Source: Kiritimatiellia bacterium
GTDB taxonomy: Bacteria > Verrucomicrobiota > Kiritimatiellia > CAIQIC01 > Lenti-01
DNA length: 64,000 nucleotides
Reading direction: 5' to 3'
NCBI GenBank assembly: GCA_017540905.1
Contig: JAFYAC010000029.1
Span: 14,171 to 78,170, forward strand
Part shown: positions 23,393 through 33,880 of the stretch, piece after piece
Layout: each line of letters begins with the position of its first letter
How positions within the stretch are numbered: the first letter of the stretch is position 1
Translations under genes and position numbers: made by a program
Notes under the pieces: model-generated
Databases searched by the model: none
What the model saw: only the letters and a program-made list of their open reading frames with translations
What the model was told of the DNA's origin: nothing

Positions 23393-24049
23393 CTACTGGC
23401 AATCTCCCGCCCCCGCCCCCTCTGCCCCCACACCGCCGTGCCGTTCGAGCAACCGCTGGAGGGCGTCCAGGAATTCCGGGCTGGCGGCGCGGTCGCGCCG
23501 TCCCTGGTCCAGCAGGAGACGCAACTCTTCCGCCAGACCGTCCTTCACGGGGGGCTGCCACGGAGGGAACACCCGCGCCGGCCCGCGCACCCGGTTCGCG
23601 CCGGGCCGCGCAACGCCCGGGAAGCGGGATTTCCCGCGGTAGAGGGCCGCAATTTCGGCGTCGGAGAGCACGGCGGCCCAAATGCGCACCTCGGCAAGCT
23701 CCATCGGGCACGGGTGGTCCATCGGGAACTGGACGTGGTCCTTCGCGCCGATGAAGAGGTCGGCCTCCGGATTGTGGTTCAGCGGGTGCGGACAGGGCGT
23801 GGTGGCAACGGGTTCGCCATCCACGTAAAGGCGGATCCGCCCTCCGCCGACGCTCATGGCCACATGGTGCCAGATGCCGGGGGCGATGGCCTCCGGGGAC
23901 GCGGCCGTGGTTTGCACGCCGGCGGGATTGGCGCTGGTGGCGTGCACGGTGCCCTCCCTGCGGATTTCCAGGTGGTAGTCCTCGTTGTTGTAAAAAGAGG
24001 GATTGCGCTTGAACACGATGGTGCCGCCGGGCTTGGACATGGGGCGCAT
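23393..24049 (-). CDS. LamG/concanavalin-A-like lectin domain protein (short; no signal peptide seen)
   Basis: WHHVAMSVGGGRIRLYVDGEPVA ... LFIGAKD ... ELAEVRIWAAVLSDAEIAALY is the Laminin_G_3 pattern. The ATG at 24049 lies 10 nt after the uraA stop. Confidence 0.6.
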   Translation of the reverse strand: MRPMSKPGGTIVFKRNPSFYNNEDYHLEIRREGTVHATSANPAGVQTTAASPEAIAPGIWHHVAMSVGGGRIRLYVDGEPVATTPCPHPLNHNPEADLFIGAKDHVQFPMDHPCPMELAEVRIWAAVLSDAEIAALYRGKSRFPGVARPGANRVRGPARVFPPWQPPVKDGLAEELRLLLDQGRRDRAASPEFLDALQRLLERHGGVGAEGAGAGDCQ

Positions 24050-24059
24050 GCTCGCGCCT

Positions 24060-25298
24060 TCACGTTCCGGATCGGCCCCCATCTCCCCGCGGCAGCGCCA
24101 AATTCAGCCCCATCCCCACCATCGCCGCCAGCCCGATGCCCCCGAGCGAAAAACTCCCCGCCTTGAAGACCGCCCCCCCGACGCCCAGCGTCAGCACCAG
24201 TCCCGCGATCACCAGGTTGCGCGAGTCGGAGAAGTCCACCTTGTGGCGCACCAGGCCCTGGATGCCGACGCCCGCGATCGTGCCGAACAGCATCAGCATG
24301 ATGCCCCCCAGCACCGCCGGCGGGATGCTTTGCAGGAAGGCCCCCACCTTGCCGAGCACCGAGAACGCGATCGCCGCCAGCGCCGTGATCCGCAGCACGG
24401 TCGGATCCGTCACCCGCGTGATCTGCACCGCCCCCGTCACCTCGCTGTACGTCGTCACCGGCGGCCCCCCGGCCAGCGCCCCGAACAGAATGGCCAGCGC
24501 GTCGCCCAGCAGCGTGCGGTGCAGGCCGGGCTTGTGCACGAAGTCGCGGCCGGCCACCTGCCCCACCACGTAGATGTCGCCGACGTGCTCGATCACCGTC
24601 GCCACCGCCACCGGCATCAGGCACGCCAGCGGCTGCCACGCGAAGCGCGGAAGGCGCGGATGCGCCAGATTCGCCGGCAGCGCGAACCACGGCGCCGCGG
24701 CGATGCCCGAGAAATCCACCTTCCCCAGCGCCGCGGCCAGCGCGTACCCCGCCGCGACGCCCGCCAGCATCGGCAGCAGCCGGAACATCCCCCGCCCCCA
24801 CGAAACCACCGCCACGGCCGCCGCGAGCGACGCCAGCGCGATTCCCCAGTCCTCGGAGGCCATCTTGACCGCGGACGGCGCGAGCGTGAGGCCGATGAGC
24901 ACGATGACCGGCCCGACCACGACCGGCGGGAACAGCCGGTCCAGGAACCCGGTCCCCCGCCAGCGCACGCACCCCGACGCCGCCAGGTACACCGCCCCCA
25001 CGCCCACGCAGCCCGCCAGCGCGCCGTCGAGCCCCCACTGCGCGGACGCCGCGAGGATGGGCGCGATGTAGGTGAAGCTGCTGCCGAGGAACACCGGCAC
25101 CTGCCCGCCCGTGACCGCATGGAAAAGCAACGTCCCCACGCCGGCCGAGAACAGCGCCGTGGCCGGATCGAGCCCCACCAGCAGCGGCATCAGCACGGTC
25201 CCCCCGAACGCCACGAACAGGAATTGCACCCCCACCAGCCCCTTCCGCACGGGCCCGAGCGCCCCATCGTCCTTCGGTTTGTCCATCTCCGTCTCCAT
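24060..25298 (-). CDS. uraA: uracil permease (NCS2 family)
   Basis: ATG at 25298 ([11 protein letters not shown]). [38 protein letters not shown]...[15 protein letters not shown] is close to UraA/PyrP. Confidence 0.85.
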   Translation of the reverse strand: METEMDKPKDDGALGPVRKGLVGVQFLFVAFGGTVLMPLLVGLDPATALFSAGVGTLLFHAVTGGQVPVFLGSSFTYIAPILAASAQWGLDGALAGCVGVGAVYLAASGCVRWRGTGFLDRLFPPVVVGPVIVLIGLTLAPSAVKMASEDWGIALASLAAAVAVVSWGRGMFRLLPMLAGVAAGYALAAALGKVDFSGIAAAPWFALPANLAHPRLPRFAWQPLACLMPVAVATVIEHVGDIYVVGQVAGRDFVHKPGLHRTLLGDALAILFGALAGGPPVTTYSEVTGAVQITRVTDPTVLRITALAAIAFSVLGKVGAFLQSIPPAVLGGIMLMLFGTIAGVGIQGLVRHKVDFSDSRNLVIAGLVLTLGVGGAVFKAGSFSLGGIGLAAMVGMGLNLALPRGDGGRSGT

Positions 25299-25492
25299 TC
25301 CCCCACCTCTACCATGCCCGCCCCTTCCGCGCAATCCCGCTTTTTCTGACTTTTCCCGTGCGCCCCGCCCCCCCCCTCGCCCCAAAAGTTTCCAATGGGC
25401 GGAAAACCCGGCATCGCCCATTTCCCTTCGTCCCCCCCACCTCCCTCCCGCATCCGCCCCGCGCGATATCAAGGAAAATACCCTCTTGGAAG

Positions 25493-26079
25493 GTGCGGGA
25501 CGTGGCACCCCTGCCGTTTGAATACCACGGCCCTTGGCTGGCGACCGTGAACATGCTTGACGGAGTGACTGTCAGAAAGATTGGCACGGATTACGACGAC
25601 AAGTATTACGATGGCAGGGGGGATGGCGCAGCGAAATTCAACGACGAAACTTCATTTTACCAAATCCATTTCGACGACACTCCTGATGAATTGTCTTACA
25701 TGCTCCGAGGTAATTCGCTTGGCTCATGTATCTGTACGGCAATCCTCGTGCGGGAATCGGCGGATGGCGCGAACTGGAACGTTGTCGCGGAGTATGAGAC
25801 AAAACCAAAGGATAAGGCCGATTATCTTAATTCCAACACGATTACCAATGTGGCCAATCTCAAACCCGACAGCCGTTATGTGGAGTTCGCCTACAAAGAT
25901 GCCTCGAAAGGTTTCGGCAGCATCGGCGTGGACGCCATCGTCATCACCAAGGCCGAGGGCGGGGAGCCCGTGAAAACGACGGTCACGGGCGGCAACCTTT
26001 CCTTTACCTCGTCACGGTCCCGGACAGCCCCTCGCAGCTGTTCCTCTCGGTCGGCAAGCCGGACATCCCGGGCGAGTAG
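25493..26079 (+). pseudogene. low-GC orphan ORF (beta-sandwich-like domain) with apparent frameshift near 26000
   Basis: Frame of ORF 25358..26119 gives [14 protein letters not shown]...AILVRESADGANWNVVAEYE...GVDAIVITK. After about 25995, GC3 bias supports only the adjacent frame (PFLYLVTVPDSPSQLFLSVGKPDIPGE, stop at 26077-26079). Lines I counted between 25621 and 25860 are about 38-47% GC. Confidence 0.35.
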
Positions 26080-26128
26080 CCCAGTTTCTTCCCGCCAGAG
26101 CAAACAAGGAAAAGTGTAGCCGTATCCT

Positions 26129-26236
26129 GGGAGGGCCCGGCTTTGTCCGGGCCGTCTCCACAGGGCGCTTCAGGTACATGCCTGAAACACCCCGTCGCGC
26201 GGCCGCGACAAAGCGCGTCCATCCCCGCGGAGAGCG
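26129..26236 (-). repeat. family R1 GC-rich composite hairpin repeat (inverted copy)
   Basis: GGGAGGGCCCGGCTTTGTCCGGGCC...CGCGGCCGCGACAAAGCGCG...CCCCGCGGAGAGCG is the reverse complement of the unit at 18240-18334. Confidence 0.75.
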
Positions 26237-26317
26237 CACCGCCCGTTCCGCGGTGGCGGAGGGGGCGCGGCGCGGTGGAACTGGCAAACCGCGGCGGATG
26301 TGGTAGAGTGCTCCGCC

Positions 26318-27517
26318 ATGTTGCCCGAACATTGCCAGAAGAACGACACGGTCCCTCCCCGCTCCACCATCGACTCCCTCCTCGCCCGGCTCCGCGGGCT
26401 CCGCCCCGCGCGCCCCTTCCGCCTGATGGAAGTCTGCGGCGGGCAGACCCACTCCATTCTCCGGCACGGACTCGACCTCCTGCTCGAAGAACACGCCAAC
26501 ATCCAGCTTCTCCACGGTCCCGGATGCCCCGTCTGCGTGACTCCCGCCGCCTACCTCGACCGCGCCATCGCCATCGCCCGCCTGCCCGGCACCCTTCTCT
26601 GCACGTTCGGCGACCTCCTGCGCGTCCCCTCCGGGGCTTCCGGAGACCTCTTCGCCGCGCGCGCCGCCGGCGCCCGAGTCCAGACCTGCCTCTCCCCCCT
26701 CGACGCCCTCGACCTGGCCGGAAGGAACCCCTCCCTCCGCGTCGTCTGGCTGGCCATCGGCTTCGAGACCACGGCCCCGGCGCACGCCCTGGCCCTGCGC
26801 CTCGCCCGCGAACGCCGCCTGGCCAACTTTTGCGTCCTTCCCTCCCTCTTCCTGCTCCCGCCCGTCCTCTGCGCCATCTGCGCCGACCCCGACACCGCGC
26901 CCGACGCCTTCCTCGCGGCCGGACACGTCTGCACCGTCACCGGCCCGGCCCCCTACGAGGCCCTGGCGGCCGAACTCCGCCGCCCGATCGCCATCACCGG
27001 CTTCACGCCCGAAGAAATCCTCCTCGGCGCTTGCCATGCCCTGCGCCTGCACGCCGCCGGCACCCCGGCCTGCTTCAACGCCTATCCGTCCGCGGTCCAC
27101 CCGGGAGGCAATCCCGCCGCCCGCGCCCTCATGCGCGAAACCTTCGTCCCCTGCGACCAGGTCTGGCGCGGCCTCGGCCCCCTGCCCCGCAGCGGCCTGG
27201 CCCTCTCCCCCGACTACGCCTCCTTCGACGCCAACGCCCTGCTCCCGCCCGGCACCCTCCCGGCTCCCGCCGCCGCAGGTGGCGCCGGCGCCGACGACGC
27301 CCCGGCCTGCCCCGCCTCCAAGATTCTCCGCGGGCTCCTCGCACCGCCCGACTGCCCCCATTTCGGCGGGGCCTGCACCCCCGACACCCCCCTCGGCGCC
27401 CCCATGGTTTCCCCCGAAGGCCCCTGCTCGGCCTTCTACCTCCACCGCCCCCGGGTCACTTCTTCAGCCCGTCCTCCAGCCCCTCCGCGTATCTCCCGGC
27501 GACCGCCCGCCAGTTGA
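26318..27517 (+). CDS. hypD: [NiFe]-hydrogenase maturation factor HypD
   Basis: FRLMEVCGGQTHSILRHGLDLLL..IQLLHGPGCPVCVTP ... FLAAGHVCTVTG ... GACTPDTPLGAPMVSPEGPCSAFY follows E. coli HypD closely. The ATG at 26318 was chosen. Confidence 0.85.
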   Translation: MLPEHCQKNDTVPPRSTIDSLLARLRGLRPARPFRLMEVCGGQTHSILRHGLDLLLEEHANIQLLHGPGCPVCVTPAAYLDRAIAIARLPGTLLCTFGDLLRVPSGASGDLFAARAAGARVQTCLSPLDALDLAGRNPSLRVVWLAIGFETTAPAHALALRLARERRLANFCVLPSLFLLPPVLCAICADPDTAPDAFLAAGHVCTVTGPAPYEALAAELRRPIAITGFTPEEILLGACHALRLHAAGTPACFNAYPSAVHPGGNPAARALMRETFVPCDQVWRGLGPLPRSGLALSPDYASFDANALLPPGTLPAPAAAGGAGADDAPACPASKILRGLLAPPDCPHFGGACTPDTPLGAPMVSPEGPCSAFYLHRPRVTSSARPPAPPRISRRPPAS

Positions 27518-28613
27518 ACACCTCGCGCGCGCGCCGTTCGCCGGCCTCGCCCATCGCCGCCAGGCGGGCCGGGTCGCGCAGCATCCGCACGACGGCCTCC
27601 GCCATCGCCTCCGGGTCGCCGGGCGGCACCAGCTCGCCGGTCACGCCCTCTTCGACCGCGTCGGGGATGCCGCCGCAGCGCGTGGCCACGGCCGGAACCC
27701 GCCTCAAGGCGGCTTCCAGGACCACGATGCCGAACCCCTCGATGTCGTGCGGCAGGTCGAGGCACGGGAAAACGAACAGCTTCGCGGCCGCGTAGGCCGC
27801 CGCGAGGTCCGCCTCCGGCAAACGGCCCAGCAGTTTGACGGAATCCGCCTGCCCCGTCGCGCGGATGGCCTCCTCCAGCGCGCTGCCGATGCGCTCGCTG
27901 TGGATGAGGGACGCCCCCGGCTCGCCGCCCACCACCCAGTACTGCGCGTCCGGCAGCTCCGCGCGCACGCGCGGCATCACGTCCCGTATGAATTCCAGCA
28001 CCCCCTTGCGCTTGACCAGGCGCCCCACCGACAGCAGGACCGGCTTGCCCACCGCTTCCGCCGCGAGCGCCTTCATGGCCGCGCCGGCCTCCGTGCCGGG
28101 GGGCGGCGGCGGGGTCACGCCGGGACACACCACGCGGATGCGGCCGCGCTCCAACCGCCGCTTCGCCAGCAGTTCCGCCGTGTTCCGGCTGTTCGCGAAA
28201 AGCAACGCCGCCCCGCGCAGCAACGGACGGATGGCCGCCTGGTAGAGTTTGGACTGCAGCAGGATGTCCGACCCGTGCACCAGCACCGCGTACGGCACCC
28301 CGAACCGCTTCGACAGCCACCACGCCGCCGGCGCCGACGTCAGGCTCGGGCACAGAATCCAGTCGGGCCGCTCCCCGCGGATGCGCCGGGCCCCTTCGCG
28401 GACGGCATGCAGCAGGAAGCGCGGAATGCCCTTCCTGGCCGCCCGCGCCACCTCCACGCTGCCCGCCGCCTCCCGGGCACCTTCCGGGAGGGCCGCCGCC
28501 AGTACCGCGACCTGGTGGCCCAGCGAATGCAATCCCTCGGCCACCTGTTCGGCCACCACTTCGATGCCGCCGACCACCGGCGGATAGTTCCAGCTGCAAA
28601 CCAGTATCTTCAT
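27456..28613 (-). CDS. glycosyltransferase family 4 (GT-B)
   Basis: ATG at 28613 (MKILVCSWNYPPVVGGIE). The C-terminal region reads EGFGIVVLEAALRRVPAVATRCGGIPDAVEEGVTGELV. Confidence 0.85.
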   Translation of the reverse strand: MKILVCSWNYPPVVGGIEVVAEQVAEGLHSLGHQVAVLAAALPEGAREAAGSVEVARAARKGIPRFLLHAVREGARRIRGERPDWILCPSLTSAPAAWWLSKRFGVPYAVLVHGSDILLQSKLYQAAIRPLLRGAALLFANSRNTAELLAKRRLERGRIRVVCPGVTPPPPPGTEAGAAMKALAAEAVGKPVLLSVGRLVKRKGVLEFIRDVMPRVRAELPDAQYWVVGGEPGASLIHSERIGSALEEAIRATGQADSVKLLGRLPEADLAAAYAAAKLFVFPCLDLPHDIEGFGIVVLEAALRRVPAVATRCGGIPDAVEEGVTGELVPPGDPEAMAEAVVRMLRDPARLAAMGEAGERRAREVFNWRAVAGRYAEGLEDGLKK

Positions 28614-28647
28614 GCCTTCGCCTTTCTCGCCCCTGCCCGACGCGCCT

Positions 28648-30222
28648 TCATTCCATGAAACCGTTTGTGATGGGCATCCGCCAGCGCGCGGGTTCCAGCA
28701 CCACGCCCGGCGCCCCCTGCCGCCGCTTGTACTCGCTGCGGCCGACCAAGCGCGCCACCCGCCGCGCCACGTCCTCCGGCACCCCCGACGCAACCAGCTC
28801 CGCCACCCCCTCCCGGCCCTCCATGTACCGCTCCAGCAGCGGGTCCAGCACGTCGTACGGCGGCAGCGAATCGCTGTCCTTCTGCCCCGGACGCAGCTCC
28901 GCGCTCGGCGGCCGCTCGATGGTGCTCGCGGGGATGACCTCCCCGTCGCCCTGCCCGTTGCGCCAGCGGGACAGCGCGAACACCATCGTCTTGGGCACCT
29001 CCTTGATGGGGGCGAACCCGCCGCACATGTCCCCGTACAGCGTCGCGTACCCGGTCGAAACCTCGCTCTTGTTCCCCGTCGCCAGCACCAGATGCCCGTA
29101 CCGGTTCGACAGCGCCATCACCACCACCCCGCGCACCCGCGCCTGCAAATTCTCCTCCACGAGCGTGCCCGGCAGCGGCGCCGCCCAGTCCACGCCCGCG
29201 CACCCCGCCTCCAGCATCTTCCCAAACGCATCCACCGCCGGCGCAATCGGAATCCGCAGGCACGGAATCCCGAGCCTCCGCGCCAGCTCCAGCGCATCCT
29301 CCAGCGTTTCCGACGAAGTGATGGACGAGGGCAGCGTGACCCCCATCACCTTCCCCGCCCCCAGCGCATCCACCGCCAGCGCCGCGACCAGCGCCGAATC
29401 GATGCCCCCCGACAGCGCCACGAGCGCTCCCGGGAAGCGGTTCTTCACCGCGTAGTCCCGGATGCCGGTCCGCAACGCCCCCCACACCGCCGCCAGCTCG
29501 CCCGGAACCTCCTCCACCTTCCCCGACACCGCGCCGCCTTCCCCGAACTCCACGTCCCACGCTCCCTCCCCGAACAGCCCCGACCGCGCCCCCACCGTGC
29601 CGTCCGCCGCCACGCCCACCGCCGCCCCGTCGAACACGACCCCGTCCTGCGCCCCCGAAAGGTTCACCCCCAGCACCGGCACCCCGAACCGCCGCGCCAA
29701 CTTCTCCGCCTCCGCCTCCCCCGCCCGTTCCTGGCCCCGCAAATACACCATCGACTGCACCCGGACCAGCGCATCGCACGCCCCGGCCGGAATGTCCCCC
29801 TTCGCCACGTCCCCCAGCAGCACCCCCAACCGCCCCTCGCCCGCTTCCACGACGCCCCACGTCCCCGCGCCCGCGAACTCCGAACTGCACACCACCCGCC
29901 GACCGCGCCCCCCGCCGGCCCCGTACGCCACCATCGCGCTGCACACCCCGTCCCGCATCCGCAGCGGCGTGCCCAGCACCAGCGGCAACCCCTCCGGCAA
30001 CGCCCTTTCCAGCCGCCGCAACTCCGCGTCCACCGCGTCCACGAAAGCCCCCCTCCGCTGCAAATCCCCCGGGCACGCCCCGCCCAACGCCGATTGCGGG
30101 AACACGACCGCATCCACCCCCGCCCCCGCCGCCTCCCGCGCCGCCGCAACGATGCGCTCCGTGTTCCCCCGCACATCCCCCGTCACCGGATTGAACCGGA
30201 CCAACCGTATTTTCGCTTTCAT
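28648..30222 (-). CDS. nadE: glutamine-dependent NAD+ synthetase
   Basis: An N-terminal CN-hydrolase half is followed by an NAD synthase half with LSGGIDSALVAALAVDALG (SGGxDS). Confidence 0.9.
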   Translation of the reverse strand: MKAKIRLVRFNPVTGDVRGNTERIVAAAREAAGAGVDAVVFPQSALGGACPGDLQRRGAFVDAVDAELRRLERALPEGLPLVLGTPLRMRDGVCSAMVAYGAGGGRGRRVVCSSEFAGAGTWGVVEAGEGRLGVLLGDVAKGDIPAGACDALVRVQSMVYLRGQERAGEAEAEKLARRFGVPVLGVNLSGAQDGVVFDGAAVGVAADGTVGARSGLFGEGAWDVEFGEGGAVSGKVEEVPGELAAVWGALRTGIRDYAVKNRFPGALVALSGGIDSALVAALAVDALGAGKVMGVTLPSSITSSETLEDALELARRLGIPCLRIPIAPAVDAFGKMLEAGCAGVDWAAPLPGTLVEENLQARVRGVVVMALSNRYGHLVLATGNKSEVSTGYATLYGDMCGGFAPIKEVPKTMVFALSRWRNGQGDGEVIPASTIERPPSAELRPGQKDSDSLPPYDVLDPLLERYMEGREGVAELVASGVPEDVARRVARLVGRSEYKRRQGAPGVVLEPARWRMPITNGFME

Positions 30223-30276
30223 GCCCCCACCCTACACGCCCCCTCCCCCCCCGTCAATCCCGCCCTCCCCGCCCGC

Positions 30277-30313
30277 AAAGAAAAAGCCCCTCCGGCGAAT
30301 CGCCAAGAGGGGC
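30277..30313 (-). terminator. rho-independent terminator after tRNA-Lys
   Basis: The minus strand reads GCCCCTCTTGGCG-ATT-CGCCGGAGGGGC followed by TTTTTCTTT. Confidence 0.65.
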
Positions 30314-30319
30314 ATGAAT

Positions 30320-30395
30320 TGGTGAGACGAGTGGGGCTCGAACCCACGACACCACGCTTAAAAGGCTCGTGCTCTACCGACTGAGCTATCGTCCC
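30320..30395 (-). tRNA. tRNA-Lys (anticodon UUU)
   Basis: Reverse complement: GGGACGA-TA-GCTC-AGTCGGTA-GAGC-A-CGAGC-CTTTTAA-GCGTG-GTGTC-GTGGG-TTCGAGC-CCCAC-TCGTCTC-A-CCA. The anticodon stem has one A-G mismatch and one G-U pair. Confidence 0.8.
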
Positions 30396-30562
30396 ATTGG
30401 TCGTGAACCGCATGGTGTTTTACCCTCCTCCCCCGCCCGAAACAAGCAAAATCGGACAAAACCGCGAAATCGCCCACTCTGCAACCTGGGCACGGACAGG
30501 AACAGGCATTCCCCGGTGGAGATTTGTTTGCCCTCTTTCCCCGGCCCCCCGCCCTCCCCAGG

Positions 30563-31774
30563 TCAGTCCACGCGGCAGAGGAAGCCTTTGAGGTAGGACG
30601 TTTCCGGGGCGCCGAGGGCCACCGGGTGGTCCGCGCCGGGGCCGAGCGCTTCCAGGATGCGGACGGATCGTCCGGCGTCGTGGGCGGCCCAGCCGAGCAT
30701 TTCGAGGAAGGTGTCAGCTTCGACGAGGCCCGAGCAGGTGAAGGTCGCCAGGTATCCGCCGCGACGGAGGAGTTTCAGGGCGAGGAGGTTGATGTCCTTG
30801 TAGGCGCGAAGGCCCTTCTGGAGTCCGCCGCGGGAGGTGACGAGGCGGGGAGGGTCGAGAACGATCAGGTCCCAGCTTTCGCGGCAGTCGCGGGCTTGGC
30901 GGAGGCGGGTGGGGACGTCGGCTTCTTCGTAGGCGACGGGGGTTCCGCCGGGGTTGGCTTCCTGGTGGCGGCGGGCGAGGGCGAGGGCGGGCGCCGAGGA
31001 GTCCCAGCCGGTAACGCTCCTGGCGCCGGCGTGAGCGGCGCAGACTTCGAAGGCACCGGTGTAGCAGTAGGCGGAGAGGACGTCGCGTCCGCGCGCGATG
31101 GCGGCCACCTTGCGGCGGTTTTCGCGTTGATCGAGATAGAAACCGGTCTTCTGTCCCGCGTCGGGCGCGGCGAAGAAGCGGTAGCCGTTTTCGCGGAATT
31201 CGATTTCGGCGGGGGCGTCGTCGCCGCCGAGGTCTTCGGAAAGCCCCTCGCGCCGCACGGCGTCGGGGTCGGCGCGGACGAGGACGCGGTCGGCGGCGCA
31301 GGTTTCGCGGAGCGATGCGGTGACGCACGGCAGCCAGCGCTCCCATGCCTTTCCGCCGACGTGCAGGACGAGCGTGCTGTCGTACTGGTCGGCCACCAGC
31401 CCGCTCAGGCCGTCGGCTTCGGAGAAGACCATCCGCCACGCGGTCGTGTCCTTCCACGCGGCGCGTGTGCCGTAGAGGTCGTGGCGGAGGGCGGCGGCGG
31501 AGCGGATGCGGTCGCGCAGGAACTCCTCGCCGAGAACGGCATCCGGGTTGCGCGTGAGGACGCGGACGCACAGGTCGGCGTCGGGATTCCAGAGACCGGC
31601 GGCGATCCAGGTTCCGTCGGCGGCGTACACGTCGGCGATGGCACCGGCGGGCGCGTCGCGGTCGATGCCGTCCACCGCGCCGGAGAACACCCACGAGCTG
31701 CCGTGGCGCACGGGACGGTCGCGTCCGGGCAGCAGGCGCACGCGGATTTCCGCCGCTTCGCGGGGGGTGCTCAT
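30563..31774 (-). CDS. rlmI: 23S rRNA (cytosine-C5)-methyltransferase RlmI-type (PUA + class I SAM MTase)
   Basis: ATG at 31774 within ORF 30563..32707. [13 protein letters not shown] ... VLDPPRL ... its start overlaps the rfbA stop (ATGA). Confidence 0.8.
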   Translation of the reverse strand: MSTPREAAEIRVRLLPGRDRPVRHGSSWVFSGAVDGIDRDAPAGAIADVYAADGTWIAAGLWNPDADLCVRVLTRNPDAVLGEEFLRDRIRSAAALRHDLYGTRAAWKDTTAWRMVFSEADGLSGLVADQYDSTLVLHVGGKAWERWLPCVTASLRETCAADRVLVRADPDAVRREGLSEDLGGDDAPAEIEFRENGYRFFAAPDAGQKTGFYLDQRENRRKVAAIARGRDVLSAYCYTGAFEVCAAHAGARSVTGWDSSAPALALARRHQEANPGGTPVAYEEADVPTRLRQARDCRESWDLIVLDPPRLVTSRGGLQKGLRAYKDINLLALKLLRRGGYLATFTCSGLVEADTFLEMLGWAAHDAGRSVRILEALGPGADHPVALGAPETSYLKGFLCRVD

Positions 31775-32655
31775 TTCGCGGCCTCGGCGCCGTCGGCGAG
31801 GGCGAGGAGGTAGCGGCCGTATTCGTTCTTGGCCATCAGCTCGCCGCGTTCGCGGAGGATGTCTTCCTTGATCCAGCCGGCGCGGAAGGCGATTTCCTCC
31901 AGGCACGCGATCTTGAGCCCCTGGCGCTCTTCGATGGTCTGGACGAAGTTCGACGCCTGGAGCAGCGACTCGTGCGTGCCGGTGTCGAGCCATGCGAAGC
32001 CGCGGCCGAGCAGCTCCACGCGGAGTTTGCCGTCGCGGAGGTAGCTGCGGTTGAGGTCGGTGATTTCGAGTTCGCCGCGCGGCGAGGGCTTGAGGGCGGC
32101 GGCGCGGTCGCAGGCTTCGCCGTCGTAGAAGTAGAGGCCGGGGACTGCGTAGTTGGACTTCGGGCGCTTGGGCTTTTCTTCGAGGCCGAGGACCTTGCCT
32201 TCCGCGTCGAACTCGACGACGCCGTACCGCTCCGGGTCGCGCACGAGGTAGCCGAAGACGAGCCCGCCTTCCTTGAGCTTGCCCGCGCGCCGCAGGATGC
32301 CGGTGAGGCCCATTCCGTGGAAGATGTTGTCGCCCAGCACCAGCGCCGACGGCGACCCGCCCACGAAGTCGCGCCCGATGATGAACGCCTGCGCCAGCCC
32401 CTCGGGGCGCGGCTGTTCGGCGTATTCCAGCCGCAGCCCCACGCCGCTGCCGTCGCCGAGCAGCGTGCGGAAGCGCGGAAGGTCCTCCGGCGTGCTGATG
32501 ACCAGGATGTCGCGGATGCCGGCCAGCATCAGCACCGACAGCGGATAGTAGATCATCGGCTTGTCGTACACCGGCAGCAGCTGCTTGCTGATGCCTTGCG
32601 TGATGGGATACAGGCGGGTTCCGCTTCCGCCGGCGAGGACGATGCCTTTCATCAT
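31771..32655 (-). CDS. rfbA: glucose-1-phosphate thymidylyltransferase
   Basis: [54 protein letters not shown]. Confidence 0.9.
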   Translation of the reverse strand: MMKGIVLAGGSGTRLYPITQGISKQLLPVYDKPMIYYPLSVLMLAGIRDILVISTPEDLPRFRTLLGDGSGVGLRLEYAEQPRPEGLAQAFIIGRDFVGGSPSALVLGDNIFHGMGLTGILRRAGKLKEGGLVFGYLVRDPERYGVVEFDAEGKVLGLEEKPKRPKSNYAVPGLYFYDGEACDRAAALKPSPRGELEITDLNRSYLRDGKLRVELLGRGFAWLDTGTHESLLQASNFVQTIEERQGLKIACLEEIAFRAGWIKEDILRERGELMAKNEYGRYLLALADGAEAAK

Positions 32656-32677
32656 GGGGGGGCTCCTTTTCCTTTTG

Positions 32678-32721
32678 TCGATTGCAATCGAATGCAGTCG
32701 ATTGCAATCGACTGCAATCGA
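32678..32721. repeat. tandem palindromes TCGATTGCAATCGA (family P2)
   Basis: TCGATTGCAATCGA occurs at 32678-32691 and 32698-32711, with a partial CTGCAATCGA at 32712-32721. A related array is at 53651-53698. Confidence 0.8.
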
Positions 32722-32725
32722 AAAC

Positions 32726-33838
32726 TCAGATCTCCGCCAGCGCCTCCTTGAGCGCCGCGAGGCAGGTGGCGTTCTCCTCCTCGGTGCCGATGCTGATCCG
32801 CACGTAGTCGGGCAGGCCGAACCCGGCGAGCGGCCGCACGATCACCTTGCGCTTCGTCATGGCGGCGGTGAGGGCGGCGGCCTTCTCGAAGCGGAACATG
32901 ATGAAGTTCGTGACGGTCTCGACCGGGTCGAGGCCGAGCGCGCGCAGGCCGTCGGTCATCTGCTTCTGTCCGGCGACGAGGAGCTTGCGGGTGGAGGCGA
33001 TGTATTCCTGGTCCCCGATGGCCGCGACCGCCGCCGCCTGCGCCATTGCGTTGACGTTGAACGGCTGCCGGACCTTGTTGAGCAGGTCGATGCCGTCCGG
33101 CTGCGCCATCGCGTAGCCGACGCGCAGCCCGGCCAGCCCGTACGCCTTGGAGAACGTCCGCAGCGTGATGACGGGCTTCTTGCCGGCCTTGACGTGCTTG
33201 AGGGTGTCCACCTGGCGCTCCGGCGGGACGAGCTCCATGTACGCCTCGTCGAAGACCGTCACCACGCGGTCCGGCACCGCGTCCACGAACGCGTCCACCT
33301 GCTCCTGCGTCAGGATCGTGCCCGTCGGGTTGTTCGGGTTGCCGATGACCACGACCTTGGTGTTGGGCTTGATGGCGGCGAGCATCGCGTCCGGGTCGTG
33401 GGTCATGCCGTTCATGGGCACGAGCGTGCAGGTGCAGCGGAAGAGTTCCGACACCAGCTTGTACACGACGAACGACCGCTGCGACGCCACCAAATCGTCG
33501 CCCTCCCACATGAAGGCGTTGCAGATCAGCACCGCGTGCTCGTTGCAGCCGCAGCCGAGCATCACCATGTCGTCGCCGATGCCGTAATGCCGCGCGATGG
33601 CCTGCCGCAGGTAGTACGAGCCTCCGTCTGGGTAGCGGTTCATGTGCTCCACCGCGTCGTGCATGGCCTGCTTCGCCTTCGGCGACGGCCCCCAGGCGTT
33701 CTCGTTCGACGCCAGCTTCACGATGCCCGACGCGTCCGCCAGCCCCAGCTCGCGCGCCACCTCCTCGATGGGGCGGCCCGGCTGGTAGGGTTTCTGCGCG
33801 GCGATCCAGTTGTTCGCGATGGTTCCGAAAAGACTCAT
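32726..33838 (-). CDS. hisC: histidinol-phosphate aminotransferase
   Basis: [19 protein letters not shown] ... [17 protein letters not shown] (PLP lysine context). Confidence 0.9.
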   Translation of the reverse strand: MSLFGTIANNWIAAQKPYQPGRPIEEVARELGLADASGIVKLASNENAWGPSPKAKQAMHDAVEHMNRYPDGGSYYLRQAIARHYGIGDDMVMLGCGCNEHAVLICNAFMWEGDDLVASQRSFVVYKLVSELFRCTCTLVPMNGMTHDPDAMLAAIKPNTKVVVIGNPNNPTGTILTQEQVDAFVDAVPDRVVTVFDEAYMELVPPERQVDTLKHVKAGKKPVITLRTFSKAYGLAGLRVGYAMAQPDGIDLLNKVRQPFNVNAMAQAAAVAAIGDQEYIASTRKLLVAGQKQMTDGLRALGLDPVETVTNFIMFRFEKAAALTAAMTKRKVIVRPLAGFGLPDYVRISIGTEEENATCLAALKEALAEI

Positions 33839-33880
33839 GGTGTGTGCTCCTTTGGTTTGTCAAAATGCGGTTTCAGAAAA

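Noticed and set aside
23053-23754. 233-aa Pro-rich ORF upstream of mraZ
   Set aside because: It is a low-complexity translation (PPPP runs) of a C-rich spacer, and its distal part overlaps the LamG gene on the other strand.
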